Source: Macrostomum lignano (taxonomy: Eukaryota). Taken from it: DNA of 64,000 bases. Below, one piece after another: positions 61,301 to 64,000 of this stretch; position 1 is the stretch's first letter; every line of letters begins with the position of its first letter. Location of the stretch: positions 249,551-313,550 of the forward strand of contig NIVC01001326.1 of the NCBI GenBank assembly GCA_002269645.1, read 5' to 3'. Below the pieces are notes generated by a model. It saw only the letters and a program-made list of their open reading frames with translations. It was not told the DNA's origin and searched no databases. The translations under genes and the position numbers were made by a program.

Positions 61301-63722
61301 GGACCTGATGGCGCTGCTGCTCACCGGACATTGCCACGCGAAATTCCGCGAATTCCTGTGCGAAGGCCTGTCCCGGGCCGGGCTGGTCCGCATCGGCCGC
61401 GGCATCGAGACCAGCCTGTGCTCCGTGCAGCGGCACAATGCCTGCCAGCTGCAGACTCTGCTGTTCGCCTTGATTTTCCACCTGGCCGAGCTGGCCGACT
61501 GCGCCGCTACCGGCGTCGCCGATCTGGGCAAAGGCGATGACGAAGTCGATGAGGAAGGCGGAGAGAGCGGCGACGAAGGCGAGGACGATCTGGGCGAAAG
61601 GCGTCTCGAAGCCGAGGCGAGCGACGACGATGGCGAGCTTGCAGAAACTGGGAACGGCGACGCCCAGCTTGGTGAGAGACTACTATTAGTAGCTAATTGG
61701 AATGTGTGAGTTAAATGTATAGGATTTACACCGTAGCAACAAAGATTTCCCTAAAGCAACGGAGAATTTCGCCATAGTAATAGAGCACTTCTCCCTAGCA
61801 ACACAACTTTTCGCCATAGCAACAGATGTTTCCTACATAGCAACAGTTTTTCGTCATAGCAACAAGACTTTTCTCCCTAGCAACACAGCTTTTCTCCATA
61901 GCAAGAGCTTTTCTCCATAGCAACAGATGTTTCCTTCATAGCAACAGAGTTTTTCTCCATAGCAAGAGCTTTTCTCCATAGCAACAGAGGTTGTCACTGT
62001 AGCAACAGTGCTGCTTACTTCATAGAAGCAGTGGTTTTTGCACTTCAATTTTGTACATGCGAAGTTTGTTAACGTTCACGTAAAGATTATACTTTAACTG
62101 TTATTCATAATTGACCGCAATGTCGGCCCAATTTCTTAGAAAGCATCCTTTATTCACGCCTGTCATCCTCTCCTCTACGCAGGCGAGCTCAGCCGCCGCC
62201 GGGCCGCCGACGCGCTGACCTACGCCGGCAGCGCCCTGGCCAAGTCCCTCGAGCTCGGCTCAGTAATCGAGCGCACCAGAGACAGCCTGCGCGCCTTCTG
62301 CGAATGGCTCTACGTGCAAATCCTGCGCCTATCTAAGGAGGCCGTGCCGCGCGCGCTCCAGCGCACCACCGTGCAGCGGCGCCGGCTAGTGATCGACTTT
62401 ATTCGACACCAATTGGCCGACGGCGCCGCCACTGGGGGGCAGCGCCGATTCCGACTCGAGTTGGTGGGACAGTACCTGGCCGACGAGCCGCTGGCCTCCG
62501 TGCCCGACTGCCCGACCGTCTGGCAGCAGGTGCTGGAGCGGCATCTTCAGCGGGAGGCTTGGACTAGCGGGCATCGGCGGCAGCGGCGCCTGTTGCGCGC
62601 TTGCACGCTGGTGCGCCCGGACACGGAGGCTTCGCTGGCGCAGTGTCTGGAGCGCCTGTGCGACCGGGTTGACGCCGCCTGCCGGCTGGTTGAGCCGCGC
62701 CGGGTTCGCCTGCTGACAGAGCCGCCTGTGCAGCCGGTGTCCGGTCTGCGACCGCTGGCTCAAGGATTCATAGGCAGACAGGTGAGCAAGACCTGATGCT
62801 GAACATCGCTTTAATAATGGAAATCGAGTCCAGGACCTCGCTTTAATATGGGAATCGAGTCTAGGGACTCTCGCTTTAATATGGGAATCGAGTCTACGAC
62901 CTCTCGCTTTAATAGGGGAATCGAGTCTAGGACCTCTAGCTTTAATAGGGAAATCGAGTCCAGGACCTCTCGCTTTAATAATGGAAATCGAGTCCAGGAC
63001 CTCTCGCTTTAATATGGGATATCTAGTTCAGGCGTTTTAAGTCTCATTTTTTTCATTAAAATCGAGTCCACGACCTCTCTGTTCTAATAAAAACCATATC
63101 CAACCCTCAGGCGCTGTACCACGCGCTGCTTCTGCACCCGGACGGCTGCACCGGCCTGCTGTTCCGCCAGGGCCCCGACGGTTGGTGCGGCCTTCGGTTT
63201 CGCTGCTCTTCCGACAGCGACGGCGCCCTCAAATTGGTGGACGCCTGCCAGCTGGACGCCAAGCAGTTTCGCCTGTCTGCTGGCCGGGCCAGAAGGCGCG
63301 TCGGCCACGTCTTCACTTGTCGTACTGCCGCTGGCCGCCTTCAACGAGGCCGATTGGTCGCCGCCAACGGCGTCCCCGGAGTCGGCAGCCGCCGGCCTCA
63401 ATGATTCGTCGATCGTCGAATTGGCCGATCGGCTGCTGCGAGCGACTTCGCGCCGACAATCTGCCTGGCTGCGGCATCGCTGTCGCAGCTGAGCGCCGCC
63501 TGATGGTCTCCGTGCTGTTCGCCTGCCACCGACGGCCTGCGCGTCTGCCTGCTGGAGCCCTTCAGCGAGGACGACGACGACGATGAAGAAGGCGGGCGGC
63601 AGACGATGCCGACCGGACGAAGAGGACCACGTCGCGAACGTTTCCGCAATGTCGGCAACGGCGCCAATGGAACAGAACTAATTAATATCTCTTTTATGCT
63701 ACTTAATTTCCACACTAATTAG
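58363..63722 (+). CDS. ANAPC4: Anaphase-promoting complex subunit 4. Exons 58363-58667, 59116-59761, 61209-61671, 62183-62781, and 63111 to about 63680/63722 (last exon frameshifted as written)
   Basis: SFRASSDKSLP..SPRMDLLLLAADNGDVLLFR..WERVW..VTCIDWRPDG matches the APC4 N-terminal WD40; also ECWEDS, LMALLLTGHCH, AFCEWLYVQILRL, FRLELVGQYL, and an acidic C-terminus. The first four exons are in frame (2013 nt). Confidence 0.88.
58657..59048 (+). repeat. 31-bp array, about 12 copies, duplicating the ANAPC4 exon 1/intron 1 junction (gtggcctacag|gtgaggcctgggattctggt)
   Basis: Direct reading. Confidence 0.95.
59945..61152 (+). repeat. 20-bp minisatellite (taatccttggttaatccctc), ANAPC4 intron 2
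   Basis: Direct reading. Confidence 0.95.
61730..62000 (+). repeat. Degenerate catagcaaca-containing tandem repeat, ANAPC4 intron 3
   Basis: Direct reading. Confidence 0.75.
62805..63080 (+). repeat. Minisatellite of about 33 bp (atcgagtccaggacctctcgctttaatatggga), ANAPC4 intron 4
   Basis: Direct reading. Confidence 0.9.
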
Positions 63723-64000
63723 TAAGCATGGTGTGAAAATAACATTTTGTCAGTAAAGTCGCATTTTGTCAGTGCAAAATATACAAATAAACGACTGAAC
63801 AAGCTTATGAAAACGTCAATGCTGTTTTACTTATAAAACATATGCAACAGATGCTGTTAAAGTTTGACTGCTTTTATTAATCATTAATGTAATTATTGTT
63901 GAACATGACAATAATGGTATGGGTGACCAAGTAATGTTTTTACTAATGGATAAGCAGACGACAGTCCAAATGAATGCAGAAACAAAGCAGGGGTTGCCAC

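Noticed and set aside
63987-64000. caggggttgccac as the start of a hAT TIR
   Set aside because: It lies at the window edge, so the partner end cannot be seen.

Overview
Eukaryotic (metazoan) genomic DNA with GC-rich, CpG-rich exons and introns filled with distinct micro/minisatellites. The style suggests a free-living flatworm such as Macrostomum, which is an inference and not demonstrated. Nine protein-coding loci were reconstructed by hand from splice sites and frame continuity, and all lie on the + strand. They are EXOSC10/Rrp6 (4 exons), a cation-dependent mannose-6-phosphate-receptor-like gene (2 exons), xanthine dehydrogenase (15 exons, 1366 aa), a frameshifted GM2-activator/ML-domain gene, a BCMA/TACI-type TNF-receptor-like gene, a 2-TM PPxY protein, NAP1, a kainate-type ionotropic glutamate receptor nested on the same strand inside a NAP1 intron, and ANAPC4 (last exon frameshifted as written). 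Mobile DNA includes tRNA-headed CORE-like SINE copies, several MITEs and an unclassified dispersed repeat. The main highlights are: (1) intronic tandem arrays whose units copy the exon-intron junction or the branch point; (2) same-strand gene nesting; (3) a GC-AG intron next to a U12-type intron around XDH exon 2; (4) the TNFR-like receptor; (5) a possibly operon-like, trans-spliced co-directional arrangement. Nearly all long ORFs in the supplied track that fall in repeats are spurious. There are no CRISPR arrays, rRNA genes or intact tRNA genes. Repeat boundaries are approximate.
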